In this document: in pieces, positions 10,160 to 20,142 of the stretch | Position numbering within the stretch: the stretch's first letter is position 1 | How the letters are laid out: each line of letters opens with the position of its first letter | DNA from: Chiloscyllium plagiosum | Taxonomy: Eukaryota | NCBI RefSeq assembly: GCF_004010195.1 | Contig: NC_057751.1 | Coordinates: 17,041,585 to 17,062,213, forward strand | Reading direction: 5' to 3' | DNA length: 20,629 nt | The notes under the pieces: model-generated | What the model was told of the DNA's origin: nothing | Database searches by the model: none | What the model saw: only the letters and a program-made list of their open reading frames with translations | Position numbers and translations under genes: made by a program

Positions 10160-10769
10160 CGTAATGTCATAATCACAAACTAAACTAGTCCCACCTGCCT
10201 GCTACTGGCCCGTAGCCCTCCAAACATTTCGTAGCGATGTCCTTTAAATGTTGTAATTATACCCACACAGACTATTTCCTCAGGAAGTTCATTCCACACA
10301 CAAACCACCCTCCTGTCCTTTTTAAATCTCTGCCCTCTCACCTTAAAAATGTGCGCCTGCTCTTAAAATCTGCCATCAGAGGGAGAGGACAAATATCATT
10401 TACTCTATCGATACCTCTTACGATTTTGTAAACCTCTACAAGTTCACCTCTCAACCTCCTATTATCCAGTGAAAAAACGTCCCGGACTATCCAGCCTCTC
10501 CTTAAAACTCAAGCCTTCCATACCCGGCAACACCCCTGGTAACTCTCTTCTGAACCCTCTCCAGCTTCATAATATCCTTCCTATAGCGGGGCAAACCGAA
10601 CTGGACACCAATGTCCTGGACATGCTCAGCATGACGTCCCAAAGCTTGCACTCCGAAGACTGAGCAGAGGGGACGTCAAAGCAAAAGTGTTAACTCGCTC
10701 AGAGTCCCTGCTTCCTTGTGGCAGGGCTCAGAAAGAGAGAGAGAGTTCGCTCGCCCCGCAAGTGCTCAC

Positions 10770-10869
10770 CGACAATGAGGCCGACCTCACAGAAGGGGTC
10801 GTCGTATCCACAAGACATCATCGTTCCGACAGTGTCGTTGACGATCGCCACCACGTCCAGGTCAAATTC
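10770..10869 (-). CDS. HK2: Hexokinase (HK2-like) exon 14 equivalent, 100 nt; catalytic Asp (VNDT)
   Basis: Acceptor gctttgcag|GAA and donor G|gtgagc. Encodes [33 protein letters not shown]. Confidence 0.96.
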
Positions 10870-11312
10870 CTGCAAAGCACAGAAGGGGAAGAAGGGCTCA
10901 ACAAACTCTCGCTCGTCTCGCTTCCCAATCCCAGAGAACACATGGGTCAGGGAGCACACAGGAACGGCAGCGACCACTTCACTCTGGAAAAGGAGGGGCC
11001 TGTGCAACGAGACCGGGGTGGCCCTCTTACCCCATTGGCTGAAAGCCCGCCTTGCAGGAGCAGCGGGCGGTGAGGATGGCCAATGGGAGGGTGGCGTGAG
11101 GAGCCGTGGATGGACAGGGCGAGACCCCACCATGGGCTATTGTGTGTGTTTGCAGTCTGGGGGTCTCCTTATTACTTAGCAGTCAGTTCTCTCCCTCGGA
11201 AATTCTACGCCTGCAGTAGGGAAAGAGCACTCCAGGTTTCTGTGATATCACTCCTTGGTTCTTTCCAACAAGCAGGACACCCTTCCCAGACTGCTTCACC
11301 ATGACACCGATT

Positions 11313-11531
11313 GCAAGGACACTGGGAAGATAGAATCTGGCAGATGGAATTAGTACAAGAGGGGTAGAACGTAAAAGTAAGGACGTTATGCTTTAGTTTT
11401 ACAGAGCATTGATAAGACCATGTCTAAAATGCTGTATACAGTTTTGGTCTCCTTATTTAAGGAAGGATCTAATTGCATTGGAGACAGTTCAGAGCAAGTT
11501 TACTGGATTCGCATGTGGAATGAGCAGATGT
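11313..11531 (+). mobile_element. CR1-type LINE ORF2 fragment
   Basis: Peptide IRPCLKCCIQFWSPYLRKDLIALETVQSKFT. Confidence 0.85.
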
Positions 11532-11596
11532 GGGCTGCACGGTGGCTCAGTGGTTAGCACTGTTGCCTCACAGGTTCAATTCCCGCCTCGGGCAAC
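11532..11596 (+). mobile_element. HE1-type SINE 5' head fragment
   Basis: gggctgcacggtggctcagtggttagcactgttgcctcacag/gttcaattcccgcctcgggcaac; A and B boxes with a short internal deletion relative to the 8282-8599 copy. Confidence 0.85.
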
Positions 11597-11978
11597 CTTA
11601 TAGAGGTTTACAAAATTATGCGGGGGCATGGATTGGGTAAATAGGCAAAGTCTTTTCCCTGGGGTGGGGGAGTCCAGAACTAGAGGGGCATAGGTTTAGG
11701 GTGAGAGAGGAAAGATACAGAAAAGACCTAAAGGGGCAACTTTTTCACACAGAGGGTGGTACGGGTATGGAATGAGCGGCCAGAGGATGTGGTGGAGGCT
11801 GGTACAATTGCAACATTTAAGAGGCATCTGGATGGGTATATGAATAGGAAGGGTTTGGAGGGATATGGGCCGGGTGCTGGCAGGTGGGACGAGGTTGGGT
11901 TGGGATATCTGGGTCAGCATGGACAGGTTGGACCGAAGGCTCTGTTTCCGTGCTGTACATCTCTATGACTCTATGACT
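11597..11978 (+). mobile_element. CR1/HER1-type LINE 3' end (same subfamily as 12690-13529)
   Basis: Peptide VWNERPEDVVEAGTIATFKRHLDGYMNRKGLEGYG and (CTCTATGA)n tail; closely similar to 13151-13529. Confidence 0.93.
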
Positions 11979-11989
11979 TTGCGATACTT

Positions 11990-12510
11990 CACAGTGCATC
12001 TCGGTTTTCTGGAGCTGCAACTGGAGACCTAATCTGAAGAAGGATGTGCTGGCGATGGAGGGAGAAAGGCATTCCCAAACTGATTCCTGGGACTGATGGA
12101 TGGAGAGAGACCGGATCAGGTGAGCATCGTATTCACCGTGAGTTTAGAAGAATGAGGGGGGGAGTGGGGTCCCATAGAAACCTATCAAATACTAACAGGA
12201 AGTAGACAGAGTAAATGATATTCCCAATGACGGGGGGGGTCCAGAGCCAGGGGGCCGCAAGTCTAAGGAGACAAAATGGGACTGAGATGAGGAGAAAATG
12301 TCCTGACCCATAGAGTCGGGGGATTCTCTGCTGTAGAAAGCAGTCGGTGGGGGGGGGACAAAACTTTGAGTGCTCCCAAGAAGGAGTTGGACACAGTTCT
12401 TGGTGCGTAAGGGAGATAGCGGGAAAGAGGGGACAGAGTTGGATGGTCAACCCATGATCATATTGAACGGTAGAGCAGGCCGGTATGGGCCGAACTCCGA
12501 GTCTCTCTGT
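11990..12510 (+). mobile_element. Older CR1-type LINE 3' fragment
   Basis: Homologous to 5421-5930 (cctaatctgaagaaggatgtgctgg, ctgattcctgggactg, gggactgagatgaggagaaa, gatcatattgaacgg). Confidence 0.75.
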
Positions 12511-12689
12511 CAGGATGCCGACGGAGATCGGGAAATGCATTACACCCGTGAAACAGATCATCTCGACACAGGGGGATGCATTAGCGCAGCACTGAACATG
12601 ACTGGCAGCCAACACATTGAATCAGACTCACTGGAGAAAACTCCAGTCAGATCAGAGCATCACAAACCAGGCCACAGTTGAAATGAGCC

Positions 12690-13529
12690 AATGGGCTGAG
12701 AAGTGGCAGATGGAGTTTAATTCAGATAAATGCGAGGTGCTGCGTTTTGGGAAAGCAAATCTTAGCAGGACTTATACACTTAATGGTAAGGTCCTAGGGA
12801 GTGTTGCTGAACACAGAGACCTTGGAGTGCAGGTTCATAGCTCCGTGAAAGTAGAGTCGCAGGTAAATAGGATAGTGAAGAAGGCGGTTGATATGCTTTC
12901 CTTTATTGGTCAGAGTATTGAGTACAGGAGTTGGGAGGTCATGTTGCGGCTGTACAGGACATTGGTTAGGCCACTGTTGGAATATTGCGTGCAATTCTGG
13001 TCTCTGTCCTATCGGAAGGATGTTGTGAAACTTGAAAGGGTTCAGAAAAGATTGACAAGGATGTTGCCAGGGTCGGAGGATTTGAGCTACAGGGAGAGGC
13101 TGGACAGGCTGGGGCTGTTTTCCCTGGACTGTCAGAGGCTGAGGGGTGACCTTATAGAGGTTTGTAAAATCATGAGGGGGCATGGATAGGGTAAATAGGC
13201 AAAGTCTTTTCCCCCTGGGGTGGGGGAGTCCAGAACTAGAGGGTTAGGGTGAGAGGGGAAAGATATAAAAGAGACCTAAGGGGCAACTTTTTCACACAGA
13301 GGGTGGTACATGTGTGGAATGAGCTGCCAGAGGATGTGGTGGAGGCTGGTACATTTAAACATGTTGCAACATTTAAAAGGCATTTGGATGGGTATATGAA
13401 TAGGAAGGGTTTGGAGGGAGATGGGCCGGGTGCTGGCAGGTGGGACTAGATTGGGTTGGGATATCTGGTCTGCCTGGACGAGTTGGACCGAGGGGTCTGT
13501 TTCCATGCTGTACGTCTCTATGACTCTAC
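12690..13529 (+). mobile_element. CR1/HER1-type LINE, 5'-truncated (ORF2 C-terminal part plus 3' UTR)
   Basis: ORF WAEKWQMEFNSDKCEVLRFG...LYRTLVRPLLEYCVQFWS...RLRGDLIEV, a frameshift near 13180, and a ctctatgactcta tail. Confidence 0.95.
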
Positions 13530-13697
13530 GTCAGGACTCTCTCATTGAATTCATAGCTTGCGACCTGTTGGAGTGAATGCTATGCAGACTTCCCAGTATT
13601 TGAGCCGGGCACAAGTGTGTAAAATTAGCAAGACGGCTTTGCATGGTCCCTGGCTTCGGACCTTGGCTAGTTTTGGGAAGGTTGGACCATAATTGGA

Positions 13698-13935
13698 CAA
13701 AAAGACAGAGAAAGACACAAGGACAGTGAAACTGGTGAAGGGAGAGAATGGGAAAAAGAGAGAGAGATCGAATTGTTACATGAGTGAGAGGGATGGAAGG
13801 GGAGAGAAAGGGAGGAGAGGGATAGGAGGATGGAAAGGGAGGGGAATGAAGAGAGGGAGGGAGAGGGAGAGAGTGGCAGAGAGGGACGATGGAGAGAGAT
13901 GGAGACAAGGAAGAAGAGTTAGAGACGGATAGGTA
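13698..13935. repeat. GA-rich low-complexity tract
   Basis: Strong purine bias on the + strand. Confidence 0.8.
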
Positions 13936-13940
13936 GATTA

Positions 13941-15188
13941 GGGATAGTCAACACGGTTTTGAGAAGGGTAGGTCATGCCTCAGAAACCTTAGAGTTCTTT
14001 GAGAAGGTGACCAGACCAATGGATGAGGGTAAAGCGGTTGATGTGGTGTATATGGATTTCAGGAAGGCATTTGATAAGGTTCCCGATGGTAGGCTATTGC
14101 ACAAAATACAGAGGCATGGGATTGAGGGTGACTTAGCGGATGTTGTTCAGAAATTGGTTAGCTGAAAGAAGACAGAGGGTGGTGGTTGGTGGGAAATGTT
14201 CATCCTGGAGTTCAGTTACTGGTGGGGTACTGCAAGGATCTGTTTTGGGGCCACTGTTTGTTTGTCATTTCTATAAATGACTTGGATGAGGGGCTAGAAG
14301 GATGGGTTAGCAAATTTGCGGATGACACTGAGGTCAGTCGAGTTGTGGATATTGCTGAAGGATGTTGTAGGTCACAGAGAGACATAGATAAGCTGCAGGG
14401 CTGGACTGAGAGGTGGCCAATGGAGTTTAATGCAGAAAAGTGGGAGGTAATTCACTTTGGAAGGAGTAACAGGAATGCAGAGTACTGGGCTAAAATTCTT
14501 GGTAGTGTAGATGAGCAGAGAGATCTCGGAGTCCAGGTACACAGATCCCTGAAAGTTGCCACCCAGGTTGAGAGGGTTGTTAAGAAGGCGTACGGTGTGT
14601 TAGCTTTTATCGGGAGAGGGACTGATTTTTGGAACTACGAGATCATGCTGCAGCTGTACAAAACTCTGTGGCCGCACTTGGAGTATTACGTACAGTTCTG
14701 GTCACCGCATTATAGGAAGGATGTGGAGGCTTTGGAAAGGGTTCAGAGGAGATTTACCAGGATGTTGCCTGGTATGGAGGGGAGATCTTACAAGCAAAGG
14801 CTGAGGGACTTGAGGCTGTTTTTGTTAGAGAGAAGAAGGTTGGCAAGCAACTTAATTGAGACATATAAGATAATCAGACGGTTCGATAGGGTGGACAGAG
14901 AGCCTTTTTCCTCAGATGGCGATGGCTAGCACAAGGGGACATAGCTTTAAATTGAGCGGTAATAGATATAGGACAGATATCAGGGGTAGTTTCCTTACTC
15001 AGAGAGTAGTAGGAGCGTGGAATGCACTGCCTGCAACAGGAGTAGATTCACCAACTTTAGGGCATTTAAATGGTCATCGGATAGGCACATGGACGAGAAT
15101 GGAATAAATGGGCTTCCGATTGGTTCTACAGCTCGGTGCAACACCGAGGGCCGAAGGACCTGTACTGCGCTGGAATGTTCTATGTTAC
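13941..15188 (+). mobile_element. CR1-type LINE, 5'-truncated, with a frameshifted reverse transcriptase domain
   Basis: DSQHGF, VDVVYMDFRKAFDKVP, QGSVLGP, INDLD...SKFADDT and YVQFWSPHYRKD, broken by frameshifts; tail gggccgaagg...tgttctatgtt. Confidence 0.95.
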
Positions 15189-15194
15189 AGAGCG

Positions 15195-15660
15195 TGAAGG
15201 TCAGAGAAAAGGAGGAAGCGAAAGGAGTCAGAGAGAAAGGGATGTAGAAAGAGACAATACTGAAAAGTGAGTGAGATGGGAGATGGGGGGGGGGGAGAGA
15301 CAGTGAGAGAGAGAGAGAGAGAAAGATAGACAAAAATGTGTAAGAGTGGGATAGGGAAAGAAATAGGGAAGACANNNNNNNNNNNNNNNNNNNNNNNNNN
15401 NNNNNNNNNNNNNNNNNNNNNNNNNNNNNNNNNNNNNNNNNNNNNNNNNNNNNNNNNNNNNNNNNNNNNNNNNNNNNNNNNNNNNNNNNNNNNNNNNNNN
15501 NNNNNNNNNNNNNNNNNNNNNNNNNNNNNNNNNNNNNNNNNNNNNNNNNNNNNAGAGAGAGAGAGAAAAAAAGAGCAAAAGAAAGAGAAAGTGAAAGAAA
15601 GAAGGAGACAGAGATAAAAATAAAAGGAATAACTGAGTTCAGAGATGAAAACAGGAAGGG
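15195..15660. repeat. GA-rich low-complexity tract containing an assembly gap
   Basis: (GA)n and GAAA-rich sequence on both sides of the N run. Confidence 0.85.
15375..15553. other. Assembly gap (179 N)
   Basis: Run of N. Confidence 1.
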
Positions 15661-15834
15661 CTTTAAGGGGCAAAGGGGCCGGAGGAGCTGCTGAATGGTA
15701 TCTTGGCACAGCCCAGCATTGATGGAACTAAACGGTTGAGAGGCTGGGTGGGGGTGGGTTCCTGAATGACCTCCTCCTGTGTCCGACATGCTGCAATCCG
15801 CGGCACAGGGGGTGGGGCGCCAGTGAGCATGTAC

Positions 15835-15930
15835 CTCTCTCCTCTTGATGGCTTCTCGGAGGAGATCGACAACGTCTTCACCCTCGCAACCCGTTGCTTT
15901 GAATCCTTTCGTCCACTTCAAGAGGATGGC
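15835..15930 (-). CDS. HK2: Hexokinase (HK2-like) exon 13 equivalent, 96 nt; WTKGF motif
   Basis: Acceptor ctttccccag|GCC and donor GAG|gtacat. Encodes [32 protein letters not shown]. Confidence 0.96.
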
Positions 15931-16516
15931 CTGGGGAAAGGAGGGATGAGGTTATTGGTCGGACAGCCGGAAATCCGGGGATGTTGTGATGGGAAGGGGC
16001 CTGCGACCCTCGCCCCTTGCCACCTGGAACACCTCATTAATGGAGGAGAAAGGTTACGACTGAGGAGGAAAGATCTGCGTCCCCCCGACGTATCAGGCAG
16101 CGGGAGGGCAGTGTCTTGGGAATGAGACCCTCGCTAATGGGTGACTCAACCCACTGGGCATTCAGGGCAAGGGTGAGGCTGCGGGGCCTACCTCAAACAC
16201 AGACCAGAAACAGCCCTTGTCTCCAAGTGGTCCCCTCTCCCTCGGCCTGCCAAATCTCTGAGCTCCAACGAGGCAGAGAGTAAGGGAGCGGAGAGGAACC
16301 AACAGAGGCCTTTCCGCCCATCAATCCCATGCCAGCGCCCAACAAAGGGAGAGGAAATTTCCAATCCCCTCAGCTCGCGCCCAAAATCGAACCTTTCCTT
16401 CGAAGATTGGATGGAGTGGCCCACAAACCAGGGTGAGTCACCGAGCTGAGTAGGCCGCGCCGCCATCTTTGGCCTCTGGCCGAGAGTACAAAGCTCAGGC
16501 GGGACGGAGAACTGAC

Positions 16517-16636
16517 CTGATCAAGCCCTCGCTGCTCGCAGGGAAAGGAAAAGGTGAAGCCCAGCGGCAGAACGCATTGCTTTATCCCCATGTACTCCAT
16601 AAATTCCGAGATGCAGTGGACGATGTGATCAAACAG
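16517..16636 (-). CDS. HK2: Hexokinase (HK2-like) exon 12 equivalent, 120 nt; LGFTFSFPC sugar-binding signature
   Basis: Acceptor ctttcttttggcag|CTG and donor CAG|gtcagt. Encodes [40 protein letters not shown]. Confidence 0.96.
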
Positions 16637-16859
16637 CTGCCAAAAGAAAGGGAGGAAACAAAAAGACAAAATCTAGGCCCGTATTGCAAATCAAATCGCC
16701 CGGCGACCACCAGAAGGTAGACTCCATTGGATCGAGTGATCGTGAAGATTTTGCCTGAGGAACCACAGCCAATCTCAGTTCTGAACTAACCCCAACGTCA
16801 TTTGGTTTCGCAAAGGCTGCCGAGGGACTAACAGTCATCGGGATCTGGGAATCTTGTAT

Positions 16860-17130
16860 GTCGTGCGTGGAATTTGGGGTCACTGGCTGGGCCCAGCATT
16901 TATGGGCCCATTTCCCTCTAACTGCTCCCTTATGATGGTGGTGAGCCACCATCTTGAACCGCTGCAGACCCCATGTTAGGTAAGGACCCACCCCCACACC
17001 GAGATTCTGACCCAGAGATTGCGAAGGAAGGGCTGGTATTTTTCCGAGTCAGGATGGCGAGTGGCTCAAAAGGGGAGCCAACAGGGGGCAGTGTTCCCAC
17101 AGATCTCCACTCCCAGTTCCTGACTCGCTC
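16860..17130 (-). mobile_element. Non-LTR retrotransposon (family B) 3' end
   Basis: Peptides PSFAISGSES and GLQRFKMVAHHHHKG; homologous to 190-460. Confidence 0.75.
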
Positions 17131-17169
17131 CCGCGACCATTGTGGCCACAACTGACCTTGTTGCGGAAT

Positions 17170-17690
17170 GAGAGATGTACAGTTCTGGTCACCGCATTAC
17201 AGGAAGCATGGGATTGTACTGCAAGGGTTACGAAGGAGGTTAGCCAGGATGTTGCCTGGAATGGAGCAGCTTAGCGATGAAGCGATGGATAAGCTCGGGT
17301 TGTTTTCTCTGGAGCAGGGAAGGTTGAGGGGGGGGAATTACTTGATAGAGGTGCATGAGATTATGAAGGGGCATGGACAGGGAAGATAGAAAGCAGCTGT
17401 TCCTCTTAGCCAAGGAGTCAATTGTGAGGGGAATGAAAGGCGAGAGGTTGAGGGGAATTGGAGGAAATTAATTTCACCCCGACAATGGCGGAGATGTGGA
17501 ATACACCGCCGGGGAGGGTAGTTGAGGCCACAAACCTTATAGCCTTTAAAACTGGATTTGGACGAGCACTTGATGTGTCAGAACATTTAAGGCAGTGGGC
17601 CCAGTGTGAGAAAGTGGGACCAGTGCAGATTTAGTGTCGTTTTGGCAGTAAATGGGCCTAAGGATCTCGGTCTAAGGATTCGATGATCCT
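17170..17690 (+). mobile_element. CR1-type LINE 3' fragment
   Basis: Peptide VQFWSPHYRKH...ARMLPGMEQLS...LGLFSLEQGRLRG. Confidence 0.88.
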
Positions 17691-18240
17691 GTGTCAAGGG
17701 CTGTCACTCTCTCCCCTCCCCTCTGGAATTCAGCCTCTCTTGATCATGTCTGAACCAAGGCTGTATTGAGGTCAGGAGCTGGCAGAACCCAAGCTGGGCA
17801 TCACTGAGTCGGTTACCACTGAGCGATAGCGTTGTTGATGACACCTTCCATCATCTTACTGATGATGGAGAGTAGACTGAACTGGATTTGTCCTGCTTTT
17901 CGTGCACCGGACATACACCATTCACGACTGGATGTGGCAGGACTGCAAGAGCTTCGATCTGATCGGTTGGTCGTGGGCTATCACTTCGCTCTGTCTACCA
18001 CTTGCTGCTGATGCTGTTTGGCACACCAGGTAGTCCTGTTTGGTGGCTTCACGGGTTGACACCTCGTCTCCAGATAGGTCTGCTCCTGGCATGTCCTGCT
18101 GCACTCTCCATTGAACCGGGGTTGATTCCCCCTGGCTTGGTGGTAATGGTTGAAGTGGGGGACATGTCGGGCCACGAGGGGAAAGATTGTGCGGGAGTAC
18201 GGTTCTGCTGCTGTCGGTGAACCACAGCAGCTCATGGACA
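17691..18240 (-). mobile_element. Non-LTR retrotransposon (family B) ORF2 internal fragment with deletions
   Basis: Peptides QPRFNGECSRTCQEQ and IRSKL, then VCPVHEKQDKS, SLLSIISKMMEGVIN, PDLNTALVQT and RVTALD (RT N-terminal motifs). Assignment to family B is from recalled consensus. Confidence 0.78.
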
Positions 18241-18285
18241 TTGAAGAAAAGAAAGGGAAGGAGAGGGTTCTTCTCCGAGCCGGTG

Positions 18286-18555
18286 TTATTTCCTGGGACT
18301 GGGGTGGGGGGGGGGAGCAAATGTGCTGAGATGAGAAATTGCCCCTTGAACAGTGTGAGGCATTTCAGAGGGCGGTTAAGGGTCCACCACGAGGGCTGTG
18401 GAACCGGGAGCGGAACGGGCGCCCAACCCAGGTCAAGGATGGCAGATTTCCATCACAAAGAGGGCATCAGTGAACCCGGTGGGCATTTTGCTTGACGCCA
18501 ATGCTTCCATGGTTGCCGATGCTTAAGCACCGCCTTTCTATTCCAGAACTTAGGG
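18286..18555 (-). mobile_element. Decayed SINE (family 2)
   Basis: catttcagagggcggttaagggtccaccac...ccaggtcaaggatggcagatttcc...gggcatcagtgaacccggtggg...ttctattccaga is shared with the other family-2 copies. Confidence 0.65.
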
Positions 18556-18697
18556 AAAACGAGTTTCGGATCCGTGTGACCCAAGCGGTACCCGCTGCGC
18601 GACTCGCCCGGTGACGGGGCCATTCGGATGCCCACATTCTCACTGCATCTTGGGAGAGCCGAGTGCTGTCTCCCCCCCCCCGCCACCTGGCACTCAC

Positions 18698-18846
18698 CTC
18701 CTCTCCGGTGCCCTCCATGGCGTCGACGGGGATGGTGTAGATCTTGTTGTGCACTTCCGCCACTCGGCGTTTCCCGCTCCGAAGCTTCACAAGCAACACC
18801 CGGAAGTTCGTCCCGCCGAGATCGAGGGCAAGGAAATCGCCCTTTT
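18698..18846 (-). CDS. HK2: Hexokinase (HK2-like) exon 11 equivalent, 149 nt; phosphate-1 (DLGGT) motif
   Basis: Acceptor cgcccgcag|AA and donor GAG|gtgagt. Encodes (E)[49 protein letters not shown]. Confidence 0.96.
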
Positions 18847-19385
18847 CTGCGGGCGGCGAGAAAGGGAAGAGCGGTCGTCAGGAACCAGTGAGGCCAGCGA
18901 TGCTGGTTGGAGGGTAACAAGGGAGGAACGCGCGGGGCATGGCTCCTTCCCAATGCAAGGACCAAACACCAACCGCAGCCCATCCCGCCGACCCACCTCC
19001 AGGATCGAGCACAGGGAAGTATCCCTTTTGCAGCACGTGGAGGAGAAAAGGAGGGAACACCGTCAGCGATTGTGAGTGAGCGATGAGGGGGAAACATCTG
19101 TGGCATTGCTCCTTCCCAAGTGCACAGATCAAAACGAGCCAACGGCACCTCATTACGTTAACATCCCCCCCCCCCCCCCCCCACCCCACTTCAGGATCGA
19201 ACACCAGGAAGTATGCCTTTCTCTGGTGGGATGTGGGGAGAGGGGGGTAGCAAGGAAGGAACGGCCGTCAGGAATCGTGGGCCAGTGCAGACTGGAGGGA
19301 GACGGGGGGAGCAGCACCTGTGGCATTGCGCCCTCCAAGTGCCCGGATTATACGCCGACCGCCCCCACACCGCCTCTCTACCCAC
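18811..19385 (-). repeat. Degenerate tandem triplication (about 180-200 bp units) of the intron-10 3' end plus the first ~35 nt of exon 11
   Basis: Units at about 18811, 18992 and 19184 share ordered motifs gatcga, ggaa(a/g)t, ccttt, cgtcag and ggcat(g/t)gc, then cc..ccaa..gc. Unit 2 translates KGYFPVLDPGG against the real [11 protein letters not shown]. Confidence 0.8.
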
Positions 19386-19767
19386 CGACCTCCCAGTTCC
19401 AGAGGGGGGGGGGGGGAATTCTCTCCCCTCTCAATTTACCGAATTGCTAGTTCCGGGGAAAGTGGTGGGTGAAATGGACTTGTGTCCCAAGAGACCGGAG
19501 CAACCAAGTGACGGATATCAAAAAAGGCTAGAGAGTGCGGAGGGGGAGGTTTGAGTGAGTGGACACCGGAATTTCACTGGCATCGGCCACTCGACCATCG
19601 CCAGGGCCCCAATCGCGCCCCCCCCCCCCCAACAAAACTTGGGAGGGTAAACCCAGACGGAGCGATGCCTGGAATAAACAAAGTAAAGATGCAAATGTGA
19701 GGAGAGGGGAGTAAATCCCAACCATAACACACCCCCCCCCTCACCCACCACAACGGCCCAGCCATAC

Positions 19768-20072
19768 CTGTCCCGTCGGGCGTGGAGCGGACGTAGGTGG
19801 GCAGCATTTTGACGGGCGCGGCGGCGTGCCCGCCCTTGGTCAGGCCTCGCTCCATCTCCGCCCGCATGCGCTGCTTCACCTGCAGGAGCTGCTCCTCGTC
19901 CAGCGTCAAGGCCCGCAGCGTGGCCTCCCGCAGCTCCCGCTGCTTGGCCAGCCGGGAGGCCACCGCTGTCACCATGGCAGCACCCTTGCCGCTGCCGTCT
20001 TCCGAAGGCAGGAAGCGGACGTCGCACCACGGCGCCAGCCGGCGCACAGACTTCTGCAGGCGACGGGCAAAC
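19768..20072 (-). CDS. HK2: Hexokinase (HK2-like) exon 10 equivalent, 305 nt: end of N-terminal domain, linker helix, start of C-terminal domain
   Basis: Acceptor tttctcgctcag|G and donor ACAG|gtatgg. Encodes [101 protein letters not shown]. Confidence 0.96.
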
Positions 20073-20142
20073 CTGAGCGAGAAACAGGGCAGGTGTGAGA
20101 AGGGGAAGGAACAAACGTCAATTAGGCCTCAGGTATGGCCCC

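Larger units (their letters stand above)
9596..10665 (-). mobile_element. CR1/HER1-type LINE 3' fragment split by the SINE at 9644-10159
   Basis: The tail cagcacagaaacagacccttcggttcaaccagtccatgc (left) continues as cataatcacaaactaaactagtcccacctgcc (right). Confidence 0.85.
5240..20072 (-). other. HK2: Hexokinase gene (HK2-like), partial: span of exons equivalent to mammalian exons 10-16
   Basis: Seven GT-AG exons splice in frame (1110 nt). Motifs: [57 protein letters not shown]. Segments [10 protein letters not shown], [20 protein letters not shown] and [20 protein letters not shown] match recalled HK2 better than HK1, HK3 or HKDC1. The family is certain; the paralog assignment is by eye. 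Confidence 0.8.

Noticed and set aside
13959..14929. Reverse transcriptase ORFs as an active or domesticated gene
   Set aside because: The element is 5'-truncated, has no endonuclease domain and is frameshifted; it is an ordinary dead CR1 copy. The same applies to 12617-13189.
18453..19554. Overlapping 100-230 aa ORFs on both strands around exon 11
   Set aside because: They arise from GC-rich, stop-poor sequence and alternative frames of exon 11 and its duplicated units; no recognisable domain.
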